Positions 44,377 to 58,543 are shown, counted from the first letter of the stretch. The stretch: 64,000 bases of DNA from Octopus vulgaris (GCA_951406725.2 OX597817.1:51274001-51338000), one strand, 5' to 3'. The notes: generated by a model not told the origin, from the letters alone. Program-made: numbers and translations.

Positions 44377-44553
44377 ATCAGAATGAATATTTAACATTCT
44401 ACTATTTCATTTTATTTTATTCAATTATAATATATTATCTTATAATATATCATTATAAGATTGTAAATAAAACATGAAAATCAGACAAGGTTGGAATTCT
44501 TTTTATTAATATATTCTTCTATACACAATCACACACACCCATATATATATATA

Positions 44554-44586
<33 letters not shown>

Positions 44587-44638
44587 TTATATCTGGAAAA
44601 CTTATACACTGATGGAATACACGAGTATTTATTATTAA

Positions 44639-44742
44639 TCGCAATAGTTGTTTCGATGCATCTAGCATCGATCTCTCACGGGTGGGACACTCAACAACTG
44701 GTTCAGGAGCATCCGGCGGTGCAGATGTATCTTGTCGGGTGA
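44639..44742 (-). ncRNA. Degenerate large-stem-II hammerhead in a short element between (TA)n arrays
   Basis: Minus strand reads TCAC-CCGACAA-GATACATCT...AGATGCATC-GAAAC-AACT-ATT-GCGA. The stem II base is 8/9 paired; the core is decayed. Confidence 0.5.
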
Positions 44743-44832
44743 CAAATAAATACCACTCGTTAAAATAACAGATCCGCGATTCAACTTCTCGTTTTGTAGA
44801 AAGAAAATCACCCCGAAAGATGTATATATGCA

Positions 44833-44914
<82 letters not shown>

Positions 44915-44918
<4 letters not shown>

Positions 44919-45977
44919 ATTGATTTGATTTTGATTTTTCCAGTTTCAGCTTATGAGCTGTGGCCATGCTGGGGCACCGCCATTTGGTGTTGCTACTTGG
45001 TTTCACTTCATGAAGGCTTTCTAGCAGCTGCTATTTGGTGCATGAGAGAGTTCGATGCAGCTGCCCTCATCTGCCCCTCCTGCCGTGAAGTTGGTTCATC
45101 TGGGACACCTGACAGGAAGATATCCAGCTTCATTTTAAAGACATCTGTATCCACCCCATGCAGGTCTCTCAGGTTCTTCGGGAGGATATTGAAGAGCTGT
45201 GAGCCTCGGAAGCCCAGGCTATCACAGAATCTTGTCCTACATCTTGATTGCAAGTTTGGAGTCCTAGGCACCACGCAGTGGCGCCCAGTTCTGGTATTTG
45301 CGTAACTCTCGATGCCAAAGTTCAGGACACTTCCCTCCAGGATCTTCCAGATGTATATTATGGCATATCTTTCCCGCCTACGCTCCAGGGAATATAATTT
45401 TAATTTCCTGAGTCTTTCCCAGTAGCTTACATTCTGCATAGAGGCTATCTTCTTCGTGTAGCTACGTTGGATCGCCTCGAGCTCTGTGATCAACTTGACA
45501 CTGGATGGTGACCATAACTGAGAGCAGTAGTCAAAGTGGCTTAGGACAAGTGTCCTCCAGAGGACCATCATGGTTTCTTGTTCTCTTGTTCTAAAGGTTC
45601 TGAGGATCCATCCGGCCAGTCGTCTACATTTCATTGCCAATTTAGCAACATGTACACGAAAGGTCGCGTCATCACTCGTGTAAATACCTAGGTCATGCAC
45701 TGATTGTGCCTCTGGGATTGCAATCCCTCCGGGTCCAGTGTATTCATTGGGTATTGCATTTAGTTTTGCATGCTGATAGTATAGAGCTTGAAACTTTTCA
45801 GCATTGAACTGCATGCTATTCTTTTCGGCCCACTTGTATATTTTGTCTAGCTCACATTGCAGGTGTTTAGTGTCCTCAGGGTTCTGTATTGCCTGTGAAA
45901 CTTTTGTATCATCTGTATAACTTGTGATCGTGGCTCTCTGCGTGGCTGAGGGCATGTCTGAGAGGGCCATTATGAAC
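44915..45977 (-). mobile_element. CR1/L2-group LINE 3' fragment (RT C-terminus, 3' UTR, (ATCAA)-like tail)
   Basis: 323-aa open frame with YTDDTK, WAEKNSMQFNAEKF, YCSQLWSP and YWERL..L.LYSLERRRERY. Tail AAAATCAAAATCAAATCAATCAAA. 5'-truncated at a TA repeat. Confidence 0.9.
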
Positions 45978-46047
45978 ATATATGTATATATATGTATATA
46001 TATGTATATATATTAATATATATATACATATATATACATATATATAC

Positions 46048-46078
<31 letters not shown>

Positions 46079-46079
46079 C

Positions 46080-46126
<47 letters not shown>

Positions 46127-46147
46127 TATACATATATATATATATAC

Positions 46148-46202
<55 letters not shown>

Positions 46203-46770
46203 TATCTGCATACATACATACTTACATACATACGGTGGGCTTCTTCCAGTTTCGGTCTACCAAATCCACTTACAAGGCTTTCGTTGTGCCAATGTCATAG
46301 TCGAATACATTTGCCCAAGATGGCACGCTTTGGGACTGAATACAGAACCATGTTCCTGGGTGGCAAGCGTATTACTACACAGCCACACCTGCGCCTGTCT
46401 CTACAGAAAATTGTAAACAAATTTATAGATATCTAATTCAGAAATAAGAAACTAATTCATTAGTATTTTGCTATTGTCATTCCACATTGATTCTTTTTTC
46501 TTTTGATTCCGATGTTGCAGTGAGTGCAGTAGAATATGATAAAAGTAATTACAGCAGAAAGACGATTGGTTGTAGAATTTCACGTAAGCACTCAATAACT
46601 CGAAACACATACGCAGTCACGAATTCTTATAAAGGATAGAATGCCAGTACGCAATGCTGTTAAGAAGCCAAGTCATTGTAATAAAAGGCTTTAATGCGCT
46701 CTTACGTAAAAAAAATGCGATTTGATTTTCATCCGTATTTCTATGTATGTATGAATGTATGTATGTATAT

Positions 46771-46810
<40 letters not shown>

Positions 46811-47046
46811 TTACATATATCTGTATGTATGTATATGTATATATATATATATGTGTGTGTGTGTATATATGTATATATATATATATATATATAAATGCAT
46901 TATATATATAAAAATACATATGCATGTATATGCTTGTATGTATGCATACATATTTATATATATATATATAGATATATATGCATTATATGTATGTATTCAT
47001 ATATATATATATATATGCGTGTATAGTATGTATGTATGTATGTATG

Positions 47047-47093
<47 letters not shown>

Positions 47094-47910
47094 GCATCTA
47101 TATGTATGTATACATGTCTATGTTTCTATGGATGTATGTATATGTGTGTGCGTGTGTGTGAAGAAATGCATGTTTGCGCATGTATAAATACGTGTATGTG
47201 TATATTCGACGAAAATTATTTGACTTCGTCCATGTAATGATAAAGCCATTGTAGTATATTGTATAGCTGGCTCAGTATTACAGAAGCAGATGTCTACTTA
47301 ACCTTGGACCAAAGTGCGCGCAGTACACTTTACGACAAGACAAGATTCAAATTATAGCAACACACAGTCAAAGATAGAATCGAGTGAAGGGAACACTCGA
47401 CTGTGAAAGAAATATGTTATGTTCAGAGCCATGCTTACATCGATAGATTTATAAATACAAACAGGCATATTTGCATTTTTATAACATATATGCGACTTTT
47501 TCGCATCTTTATTTGAACATTAGCTTTGAAGATACTATTCGAACGATCAAACATTATAGCATGCATTGTAAGGTATTCAAGCTATCCCGTCTTCGAAACT
47601 CTGACCGATATGTTCGATCCTAAAGCTCTTTCACCAAATTTTCAAAATTCTCCATTTTATCAAATATTGCTATATTGAATAGAAATCCCAGAGAGAGAAA
47701 TCGTCATACTTCACTGCTCGCTCTTCAGCCCAATCAACACTGCATGCAAATGGAAAATTTCGGATTCAGGTCTAAAACATTTCACACTCATATGGCAAGA
47801 GCGCCATCTAGGCAGCCATTCTTTATAGTTTTCCTTCCATTGCCATGAAACACTATAACTCATGGATGAGGCTGATACTCACCTCTCCCCCTTCAACCTC
47901 TCTATCTATC

Positions 47911-47941
<31 letters not shown>

Positions 47942-48029
47942 CTATCTATCTCTCAGGCTTTTTGCTGTTTCCGTCAACGAAATCCACTTACAATTACTTC
48001 GTCGGCTCGAGGACATATTACATGCATAG

Positions 48030-48065
<36 letters not shown>

Positions 48066-48129
48066 ACACACACACACGCACGCACTCTCACACACACATA
48101 TATGTATGTATGTATGTATGTGTGTGTAA

Positions 48130-48306
<177 letters not shown>

Positions 48307-48489
48307 CAAATCATTATAATTATAATTTTAGGGCTTACCAAAATTGTTTCTCCGCATACCGGAATTTAGAAATAGCGGTTAAATACTATTCTACTACCAT
48401 AAGATATCTCCCAGACAGTAATATTCTCAACTCACACAGGCAAAGAGAAAAAAAAATAGTAAGGCTCGCCGCCTTATTATAACACATAT

Positions 48490-48704
48490 ATTCTTTTCTA
48501 CTCTAGGCACAAGGTCCTAAATTTTTGGGAAGAGGCCAGTCGATTAGATCACCCATAGTACACAACTGGTACTTATTTACCGAACTCGAAAGGATGAACT
48601 GCAAAATCGACTTCGGCGGAATTTGAACTCAGAGCGATAAGACAGACAAAATGCCACTAAGCAGTACGCCTGGCGTGCTAACGTTTCTGCCAGCTCACCG
48701 CCTT
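48490..48704 (-). mobile_element. SINE-B monomer (tail type 2)
   Basis: Head plus unit plus CCTTGTGCCTAGAGTAGAAAAGAAT tail. Confidence 0.85.
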
Positions 48705-49386
48705 GCCTTACGTGTTTAAACTTATTTAAATTTAATGCGATTCTACTGAATATTCTTCTAAAACGGTGAATATGTCAGGAAAGCTGAAACAAATATTACG
48801 GATGACAGAAATATCGATCAATATATTTTAATGGTCTCCTGTAATCAGCCGATCTTAGTTTCAAATAATAGACTGTTTCAAATACGACGTTAGCTGAAAT
48901 TAACAGGCAGGGTGATTTTATTAATATATATATATATATTCTCTCCTTTTTCTCGTAATACTAAGACGATCATAATTTTGCCTGTTAATTTATTTTCATA
49001 TTTTGTATTCATCTGAGTTTACAAAATTCCCAAAAAGCAAACGCACGCATTTTGATAAGAAAAAAATAATAAAAGATATTTGTGGAATTTTGTGAATAGT
49101 TGTTCTCATTCTTTATCAATACTGCATCTCTTATCAATAAACACGAAAAAAAAAATCCCAGCATCATCATCGTTATCATAATATTGATCACCGTCTTTAC
49201 TACAGTGTTCTTATCATCATCATCATCATCATCATCATCACCACCATCATGGTCGTCGTCGTCGTCATCATCATCATCAATCCAATTAGAGCCATCGTTA
49301 GTTATATATGCATACACAAACATAAGGACACATACATGCACACATACACACGCGCACAGGCACATACACAAAGACATACACGCACG

Positions 49387-49460
<74 letters not shown>

Positions 49461-49656
49461 CAGAGGGAGAGTGAGAGAGAGAGAGGGAGCTACACATGCA
49501 TATTGATAGTATTAGATATTTCTGGTGCATTTTATAGGTAAGTTATTCAATGCATCATAAAATAATTTATGCTAGCACTACCTTGCTCTATTGATAATTT
49601 TGCATCTGCAGCATACATCGTACATATATATATGCGTGTGTGTGTATGTGTGTATA

Positions 49657-49713
<57 letters not shown>

Positions 49714-50335
49714 GTATGTGTGTATACTGTGTACACACACACTTACACACACACATATATGTATATATATATATACATATGCATATATGTATATTAAGCC
49801 ATACATGCATACATAAGCCTGTATGTATATAATTGTGTAAATGTACATTAGGAAATATATATGTACACATTATATGTTTGTGTCTAATCACATCCATACA
49901 TGTGTGTGCGCGTCCGTTATACATTTAAGTATGCGTGTATGTATGGGTCTTTTGTTGTTATTACTAGCATCTTCAATGCGATCATCAATTTTTTATTTAG
50001 TACATTAGCAAATATGTAGCGTGTTTGCCTTTGCACGATTTAAAAAATCACTTTTAAGCAAAAATTTTATCTGCTTTCTGCACCTACAATATACGTGTAA
50101 ATTCAGTGCGAATCATTCACACCACCAAATTCCCTTCTTCACCGCCATGTTTCATATTCTGTATCAAAATATCTTCTTTGAATCATCTTTGGTTTTTTAG
50201 CATATTATTTCCGTTCGGCATTTTCAACATTCATTTACAGTCATTTAATATTTGATCTGTATTGTATATATAAAAAAAACGAAACTACTCCAAATATCGA
50301 ATTGTCGTTTCTTCATTGCAATTCCTCTCTAAGTT

Positions 50336-50731
50336 AAGGCGGCGAGCTGGCAGAATCGTTAGCATGTCGGGCGAAATGCTTAGCGGTATTTCGTCTGCCG
50401 TTACGTTCTGAATTCAAATTCCGCCGAGGTCGACTTTGCATTTCATCCTTTCAGGGTTCATAAATTAAGTACCAGTTACGCACTGGAGGTCAATCGGCTT
50501 AATCCTTTTGTCTGTCCTTGTTTGTCCTCTCTGTGTTTATCCCCTTGTGGGTAGTAATGAAATCGGTATTTGGTCTGTCTTTATGTTCTGAGTTCAAATT
50601 ACACGAGGTCGTCTTTGCCCTTCATCCTTTCGGGGTCGATAAATTAAATACCAGTTGTGTATTGGGGTCGACCTAATCGACTGGTCCCCTCGCTCAATAT
50701 TTCGGGTCTTGTGCCAAGAGTATAAAAGAAT
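50336..50731 (+). mobile_element. SINE-B dimer (unit-tail1-unit-tail2)
   Basis: Head AAGGCGGCGAGCTGG, two units and both tail types. Confidence 0.88.
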
Positions 50732-51222
50732 ACCTCCATAGGCCTGAATAGCGTATTCATTTTATTTTGCGATTCTTCTTAAAGTTCAAAAGTTATTTTC
50801 TACATGTCTGCAGAGAGTAATCTTAAGAATAATTTACCATTATTCAATTCCATTTGATATTATTGGTCTTCGATCTTACACTGTCTGGAAAAATATACCA
50901 TTGGGATTAGACTTTAAATTGAAAGAAATAAGAAGCATTTTTCGAACGTGTAAGCTCATCTTCCGTTGCATTGACATATAATCTATAAGCGTTTAAATAT
51001 AATTAACAAAATATTGCACACACATACAAACATTTGAATTGCACATGTATGTTTATTTGTGCCTGCATAAATGTATGTATACATAATCACATGCATTAAA
51101 TATTTTATATTATTATTATTATTGTTGTTGTTGTTGTTGTTATTACTTTTGGATAATAAAACAAATGGTTTATACCAAGTTGCTTACTGGTAAAGTATGG
51201 TCACTTTCTCAGTGTTCATTAA

Positions 51223-51288
<66 letters not shown>

Positions 51289-51293
51289 ATATA

Positions 51294-51480
51294 TCAAAAT
51301 AAGCTACAAGGATATCCAGAGGTAATGCAGTATGATCGTTTCATGCGACTCCATTTGAACAATGCAATCATTACATCAATTTAAAATGTAGAGCAATCTT
51401 CAGCTGCACAAAGACATAGAATTTAATTAAATTTGAAGGACACATTAGTATAATTTTATCCAAAGTCTCCAAGAGGATAA
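51294..51480 (-). mobile_element. About 190-bp hammerhead-bearing element, same family as 41777-41973
   Basis: Aligns by eye along its whole length; the 3' end abuts (TA)n. Confidence 0.7.
51325..51409 (-). ncRNA. Second copy of the large-stem-II hammerhead (stem III G>A)
   Basis: Minus strand reads GTGCAG-CTGAAGA-TTGCTCTACA...ATGGAGTCGCAT-GAAAC-GATC-ATA-CTGCAT, homologous to 41851-41940. Confidence 0.72.
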
Positions 51481-51583
51481 GGAGATAGAGAAAAAAAACT
51501 TGTTTTACCAACATCATCACAGTTGTGACTGAAAAGTTTTCAAAGAAGACACTGCTTTTCAGTGATTAATTTCTCTTATTTAG

Positions 51584-51891
<308 letters not shown>

Positions 51892-52371
51892 TGAAACGCA
51901 GATGTATACATACATACATACATACACACATACATACATACACACACACATACATACATTCACACATACATACATACACACATTCAGACATACATACATA
52001 CATGCATACATACATACATTCACGCATACATACGTGCATACATACATACATGCATATATACATACATACATGCATATATACATACATACATACATTCACA
52101 CTTACATACATTCACACATACATACATTCACACATACATACATACATACATACATACATACATACATACATACATACATACATACATAACTAGATTTTGG
52201 TTAGAAACCGACTCTTTATTGACTAGAAAATTTGAAATAAATTTAAACAAGGACATTTCTTCGACTAAAAAGCGGTGCTCCAGCATGGCCGCACTCAAAT
52301 GACTGAAGCAAGTAAACGAATTAAAGAATATGTTTCTACACACACACATACATACACATATATATACACAC

Positions 52372-52406
<35 letters not shown>

Positions 52407-52460
52407 CGTATATATATATATGTATATGTATGTTCGTATGTATGTATGTATGTATGTATG

Positions 52461-52848
52461 GGCATCGCTGTTACACTTCCAGCAAGGAAGGGTCTTCCTT
52501 TGATGCTGACATGCAATGTCTGTGCAAGACCCTGCCTCAGTAAAGCTGAACTCAAGAGTCATCTTCGTAGTCATAAAGCGAGACAGATGAGTGACAACCT
52601 GGCAACTGGTGGTGGTGTAACACACCATACTAATCATAACTGTCGGGCATGTGAAGGAGAGTGTAATTCGGCAGGAGGACTTAAACGGCATGCAAAGGTA
52701 CATGAAGCTCAGTTACATCTACAGCCATCTATTACCGGTAAAGGTTTTAGCTGCCAATTTTGTACAAGACATTTTAGATTTTTAGCTGGGCTAAAGTAAC
52801 AATTAAGCTTCGTCAATGGCCATACTCGATAACGAGGAGGCAGCCATA
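52461..52848 (+). mobile_element. RTE-like LINE 3' end encoding three C2H2-type fingers, within (TATG)n
   Basis: CNVCARPCLSKAELKSHLRSH, CRACEGECNSAGGLKRHAKVH and CQFCTRHFRFLAGLK*, then a short UTR and (ATGT)n. No TGEKP linkers. Confidence 0.6.
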
Positions 52849-52905
52849 ATGTATGTATGTATGTATATGTATGTGTGTGTATATATATATATATATATAT
52901 AAATA

Positions 52906-53092
52906 TAGGGGAGAATTCACGAAAAAAAAAACAAATGACGAAGACAGGTGGTATAGAAAACAAACAGATGTATTATTATAACGCTCAGGAATAGAAAAAG
53001 TCTTTTACGTTTCGAGCCTACGCTCTTCTACAGAAAGGAACACAGAAAGAAACGAGGATGGAAAAAGATGTGTGTAGTGGCTACCGATCTAC
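52906..53092 (-). mobile_element. Same short repeat family as 25700-25883
   Basis: Minus strand reads CTTT-CTGTAGA-AGAGCGTAGGCTC-GAAAC-GTA-AAAG. Flanked by TA repeats. Confidence 0.6.
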
Positions 53093-53399
53093 ATATATAT
53101 ACATGTATATATATGTATGTTTGTATATATATATATATATATACATATATGCATTTGTGAAGAGTGGACGTCAGTGGCGAGCATAACGAGTACAGTTCAG
53201 TTGTAGTTGAGGAAAACTTTTTGAACAGGATAGACTGGAAGCCATATTTTTAAAAAATGTTGCCATTTAAAAAAAAATGTTGATAGCTTCCCAATCGTTG
53301 CTCAGTAATCTGGAAACATTATAAAGACTGCAGACCTTGAAGTAGACATCTCTATCGGAGACTACGAAGCTGTAACCAGCAGAAATAGACAATATAAGG

Positions 53400-53830
53400 A
53401 GGTAGTCTGACTACGTCAGCGCGTAAGATTTCTCCCGCACATCTTCCAACAAGGCCTTAGGTTCCATTTAGCTGACTGTGGTTTATTGCTGTGGGAGAAG
53501 GTTGCTGCTACAGGTCATGTGTGTGACTGCTGTATTCGGATCTTGCCAAAGCTCCGGAAAGAGTTAGAAGTGTTTGTCAGAACCAGCAACAATATCTGGC
53601 CACACACTTCCCTCGATTTTAAGCCCCACACATATTAGTATGTGTGGGGCGCGGTTGAGAAAGACGTCAGCCGCTCTGCTTGCAACACGAAAGTGAAACT
53701 GCTGGCCAAGATGAAGCATGCGTTTGAAATCTTTTCCAGGGACGGAGTGAATGTGAAGAACACATGCGCTACGTTCCGGAGCACCGGAAGGTGATGGTAG
53801 CTTCGTTGAAGAAACTGCTTAGTTGATAAA
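53400..53830 (+). mobile_element. Highly decayed mariner/maT transposase fragment
   Basis: IWPHTSLDFKP...YVWGAVEKD resembles WPPNSPDLNPLDYYVWG. FQQGLRF matches FPQGLRV in the 24-kb copy. Confidence 0.55.
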
Positions 53831-54540
53831 TTTTGACTTTATAAGATCCTATATTTTTGAAGAAACTGTTTAGTTGGTATGTTTTGACTTCATCAGATTC
53901 TTTACTTTTCAATGGGACATTGTGTTTTGTTTTCCTTTTATACAAACTGTCAAATTTAGTAAGAATATGATGGATATAGTCATTTTTCGATAATAAAAAA
54001 ATAATAATCTTATTCGCTGTATCAGCATAATCGAAATATGAGATCAGGAAAGTATTATTGTCTGATAATTTAAACATACTTAACGGAAACATCGAAAGAT
54101 TTTTCGATACGTATATACATACAAGCATAAATATATGTATCCATGCACACACACAAATACACACATACACACACACATTTATATTATGTTTGTATTGTAT
54201 ATCACACTGTGTATTTTCATGCTAAATGTGTTGTTATAATAGTGTTCCTCTTGAACTAATTTCAGCGACAAATATAATTCATTTCTGAAAGCATTATAAT
54301 TATACTGCATTAAATTATTCGCAATTCAGATTCTGCTCTTTTTTTTTCTTTCCCTCTCTCCCTCTCCGTCCCCCTCTCAATTTTGAATACGTAGCGAATT
54401 TACGTACCTGAATATAAACAAACACAGACAGACAGACAGACAGATATACAGATACACCGATGGAGAGTCAGGTAGACAGACATATATAAATACATGTATG
54501 TACGTATGTATGTATGTATGTATGTATGTATGTATGTATG

Positions 54541-54658
<118 letters not shown>

Positions 54659-54867
54659 CAGACTGATGCATAGATAGATATACTCTTTTTTATTTGTTTC
54701 AGTTATTTCACTGTAGCTATGCTGGAGCAACGCCTTTAGTCGAACAAGTCGACCCCAGAACTTGTTCCTTGTAAGCCAAGTACTTATTGTATCGGTATCT
54801 TTTGCATAGATGCACCAAAATCGGTTGTCAATCGATGGTGGGGAGACAACCACAGACACACATACGT

Positions 54868-54923
<56 letters not shown>

Positions 54924-55589
54924 TTAAAGAGAGAGAGATATAATATATATATATATATATATACAAAATAAGAAAATGGAGAAATACATCCAAATCAAAT
55001 ATCAACTACCAGATAATACCCAATTACATACTTTATTAAACCACTACATAAGAAAATTTAAGGTCAAACATAATAATATAGAACAAAACAGTGTACATAA
55101 AGGAATTTACATAAAGGAGTAATATGATACAATAAGTACAATATGTATAAGAGAATATAAATATAAATAAATGTAAATATAAATATAAACTACATCTTAC
55201 AGCTGTTTCGGCCATGCAGATTGCATTTACAACCCCTATCTCAAATTGTGTATATATATATATATATTCGCATCCATCCACTTACCCAAGCATACACATA
55301 TATTTGCATAAGATAGCTGTAAACACGCACGCACTTATATATACATGCATGCATACGCACACAATCCATGCGTAAAAACATATATTCATTCCATCTCCGA
55401 AGCAGGACACTAAATATGTTCTTCTGATCCTTTACTTAGGAGTTTTAATTTCATAGCAAACATTTTCGTTTGTCTTTAACGTTCAATGTTGTTTACAGAG
55501 GCACGCACATGCACACATGCGCGCGCGCTCCAACACAAACGCGCAAACACGCGCGCGCACAGTCATACGCATACATACATATACAAAAA

Positions 55590-56240
55590 TTCAGGCATGT
55601 AGACGCATACTCACACACAGACACACACAGAAAGTCTTACACACAGTCATACACGCTCCCACACACACACTCACACACACTCACGCACACACGCGTGCAC
55701 ATTCACACGCATACAGACATACACAAAAGCAGAGACATGTAGACGCATACTCACACCCAGAGACACATATACAAAGTCACACACGCTCACAGAAACATAC
55801 AAACATGCACCCACGCACAGTCACACACATACAGACATGCACGAAAGCCCACACATGTATACGCATACTCATACACAGACAGACACACACAATGTCTTAC
55901 ACGCTCACACACACATGCGTACACAAATGCGTGCACATTCACACGCATACAGACATACACGAAAACAAAGACATGTAGATGCATACTAACACGTAGACAT
56001 ACACACAAAGTCATACACGCTCCCACACATATACTGACACACACATGCACTCACACACGCGTGCACATTCACAGGCATACAGACATACACAAAAACACAG
56101 ACATATCGACGTATACTCACACACACATACAAGACACACACACAGAAATATACACACGCTAACACACACACACATAAACATATGTGTATGCACACACACA
56201 AACACATACACACACAAACACACACACACATATATACACA
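55590..56240. repeat. CA-rich tandem repeat with units of about 120-140 bp
   Basis: CATGTAGACGCATACTCACA-like anchors near 55597, 55737, 55855, 55972 and 56102. Confidence 0.85.
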
Positions 56241-57255
56241 CATATATTAAAATTGTTTTACGGTTCTCCTCTTTTACACGAAATGAAAAATGGCGCTTGA
56301 TCAATTTTGTATTTGCCCAATGGCGTTTAATATATTATTGTTGTTGTTGTTGTTGTTCGTGGTGGTGTCGTCGTTTTTATTGTTGTTGGTATTTTTGTTG
56401 TGGTTGTTGTTTTTGATGTTCATGTTGTTTCTCAACGTTTTTCTCTCTACTACATGTGTGTGTGTGTGTGTGTGTGTGGCTTTGAATTCCATTACCCAAG
56501 ATATATCTCACTAATTGCACAGTTGACTCCCTGACAACTTCAACGTTACTTTTCTTTGTCTACTTATCTGTTTTGTCGGACAGAAGATTGATTTATACAT
56601 TTCGATTTATATAATTGTACATTGTCTCTCAATATTTTCAATTAATCTCGTTTGATGTTCGTTTTTTTTTTCAAGAACTCCAATGCATTTAATAAACACA
56701 CACATAGCCACTCTCACACAAGTATGTATGTACGTACATACGTACGTACATACATACATACATACATACATACATACATACATACATACATACATACATA
56801 CATACATACATACATACGTACGTACGTACGTACGTACGTATAAGTTTGTGATTTTCGCTGCAACATAAATTCTTGATTCGGTCTAAATACTTTTGTCTCA
56901 AGAGAATGAACATTAATTACCAAATGGCAATTAAAACCAGCACCACTTGCCAAGAGGAAATAATCTTGAAAATCGACAATTGTCTAAATTTGACACGCCA
57001 TTAAAAAAGCGTCTAGACCTATTGTTGAGAGATAAGTCAACAGTCGCGGACTAGTGTTTCGCCCTCAATAGCTGTCATCGGCGCAGCTCTCCTAACCATG
57101 TCCCGCAAACACTTAACACCATTAGGTACCGAAAGGTTACAAGACATCAATAGGCAATGGGCATCGTAAGTTATATCAACTAAGACAAAATGTTATATAT
57201 ATATGTGTGTGTAATACACACGGACGCACCTATTTACTTATTTATATATATATAT

Positions 57256-57407
57256 AGGGAGAATTCACTAAGAAAATAAAAAGACGAAGACAGGTGGTGT
57301 AGAAAACAAACAGATGTATTACTATAACGCTCGAGAATTGAAAATGTCTTTAACGTTTCGAGCCTACGCTCTTCCACATATAGGAACACAGAAACAAACA
57401 AGGAGAG
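57256..57407 (-). mobile_element. Same short repeat family as 25700-25883
   Basis: Near-identical to 52906-53060, with (TA)n on both sides. Confidence 0.6.
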
Positions 57408-57674
57408 TATATATATATATAAGTTGTACTTAAAATTAAAGTTTAGGCAGGATGCTTTCATGTGTAGTATACAAATATTTTTATGGGAATGTTCCTTTTA
57501 GTGCGCCTGTAGAGCACGTTCACCTGCACGATGACTATTATCATAGTGAGCATGCTTTATGCAGAGCCTGACTCCTTCTATAGTCCTTCAAACAATAAAA
57601 GTTTAAAGGACACAAGGTTATATTTTAATCTAGTGTTGTCTGAATTCTGCAGTGCGCCACATTTATTTACAATG

Positions 57675-57960
57675 CTGTTGTTGTTTGTTCCTTCTCCAGC
57701 AACGCCTGGCTCATAAGGGCCGGTTTCCCCACCTGGAAGGGACGCCGGTCCGTCTCAGGGGAGCCGCAAGGTGCGGGAGGAAATAATGAGAGAAAGTTGT
57801 GGCGAAAGAGTCAGCAGAAGTTCGCCATTACCTTCTGACGGAGCCGTGTGGAGCTTAGGTATTTCGCTCATAAACGCACACATCACCCAGTCTGAGATTC
57901 GAACCCGCAATCCCTCGACCGCGAATTCGCTGCTCTAACCACTAGGCCATGTGCTTCTAC
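57675..57960 (-). mobile_element. SINE-D with (CAA)n tail and 11-bp TSD
   Basis: TATTTACAATG on both sides. Confidence 0.85.
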
Positions 57961-58499
57961 TATTTACAATGTATGATTGGTAGAACGGAAACGAGAACCA
58001 ATCTTATCGAATCCTACAGACAAGTTGTTATTTCATGCAATACGCTTCAAGTCAAAAGATATCTTCCAGTCACTACTAGTCGTCAGCATGTTGTGAGACA
58101 CCGTTTTCAATGCCGGATGGATTTATGAAAAACTACCACGAGTTTGGAAGTTGAAATATTCGCCTTAAGCTTAAAATTCTCATCAATAATTTTCAGAAAA
58201 TTGTATTGTAGAAAAAGCGGATGATTTGAGAGACATTCCACCCTCGAGTAAATTTCATTGCCGAGTGACAGCTGAATATATTAATGTGGGGAAAGTTTAA
58301 AACTTCATTTTTAAACTAAAGTCTACTAAACCGACCGGTTATTTGCCTAGAATATTAATGTAATAATATTCTAATGTTACATCAAATTTATTATTAGTTT
58401 TTTTGTTGTTTTTTTTTGCTTAATGAAAATTTAATTTTGTTCATTACGCATCATCTTCAGCAGCGCACCATTTATCATATGCACAGAGACACAACGTGG

Positions 58500-58543
<44 letters not shown>

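Larger units (their letters stand above)
42036..44520 (+). mobile_element. Penelope-like retroelement: ORF plus 3' UTR/pseudo-LTR, between (TA)n arrays
   Basis: Starts abruptly after (TA)n at about 42036. The 3' region carries CCAAT/TATA boxes, a hammerhead and AATAAA (44466), then runs into a TA-rich repeat at about 44540. Confidence 0.88.

Noticed and set aside
47799-47815. CTCF-like motif GAGCGCCATCTAGGC
   Set aside because: A partial single match that is plausible by chance in 64 kb.
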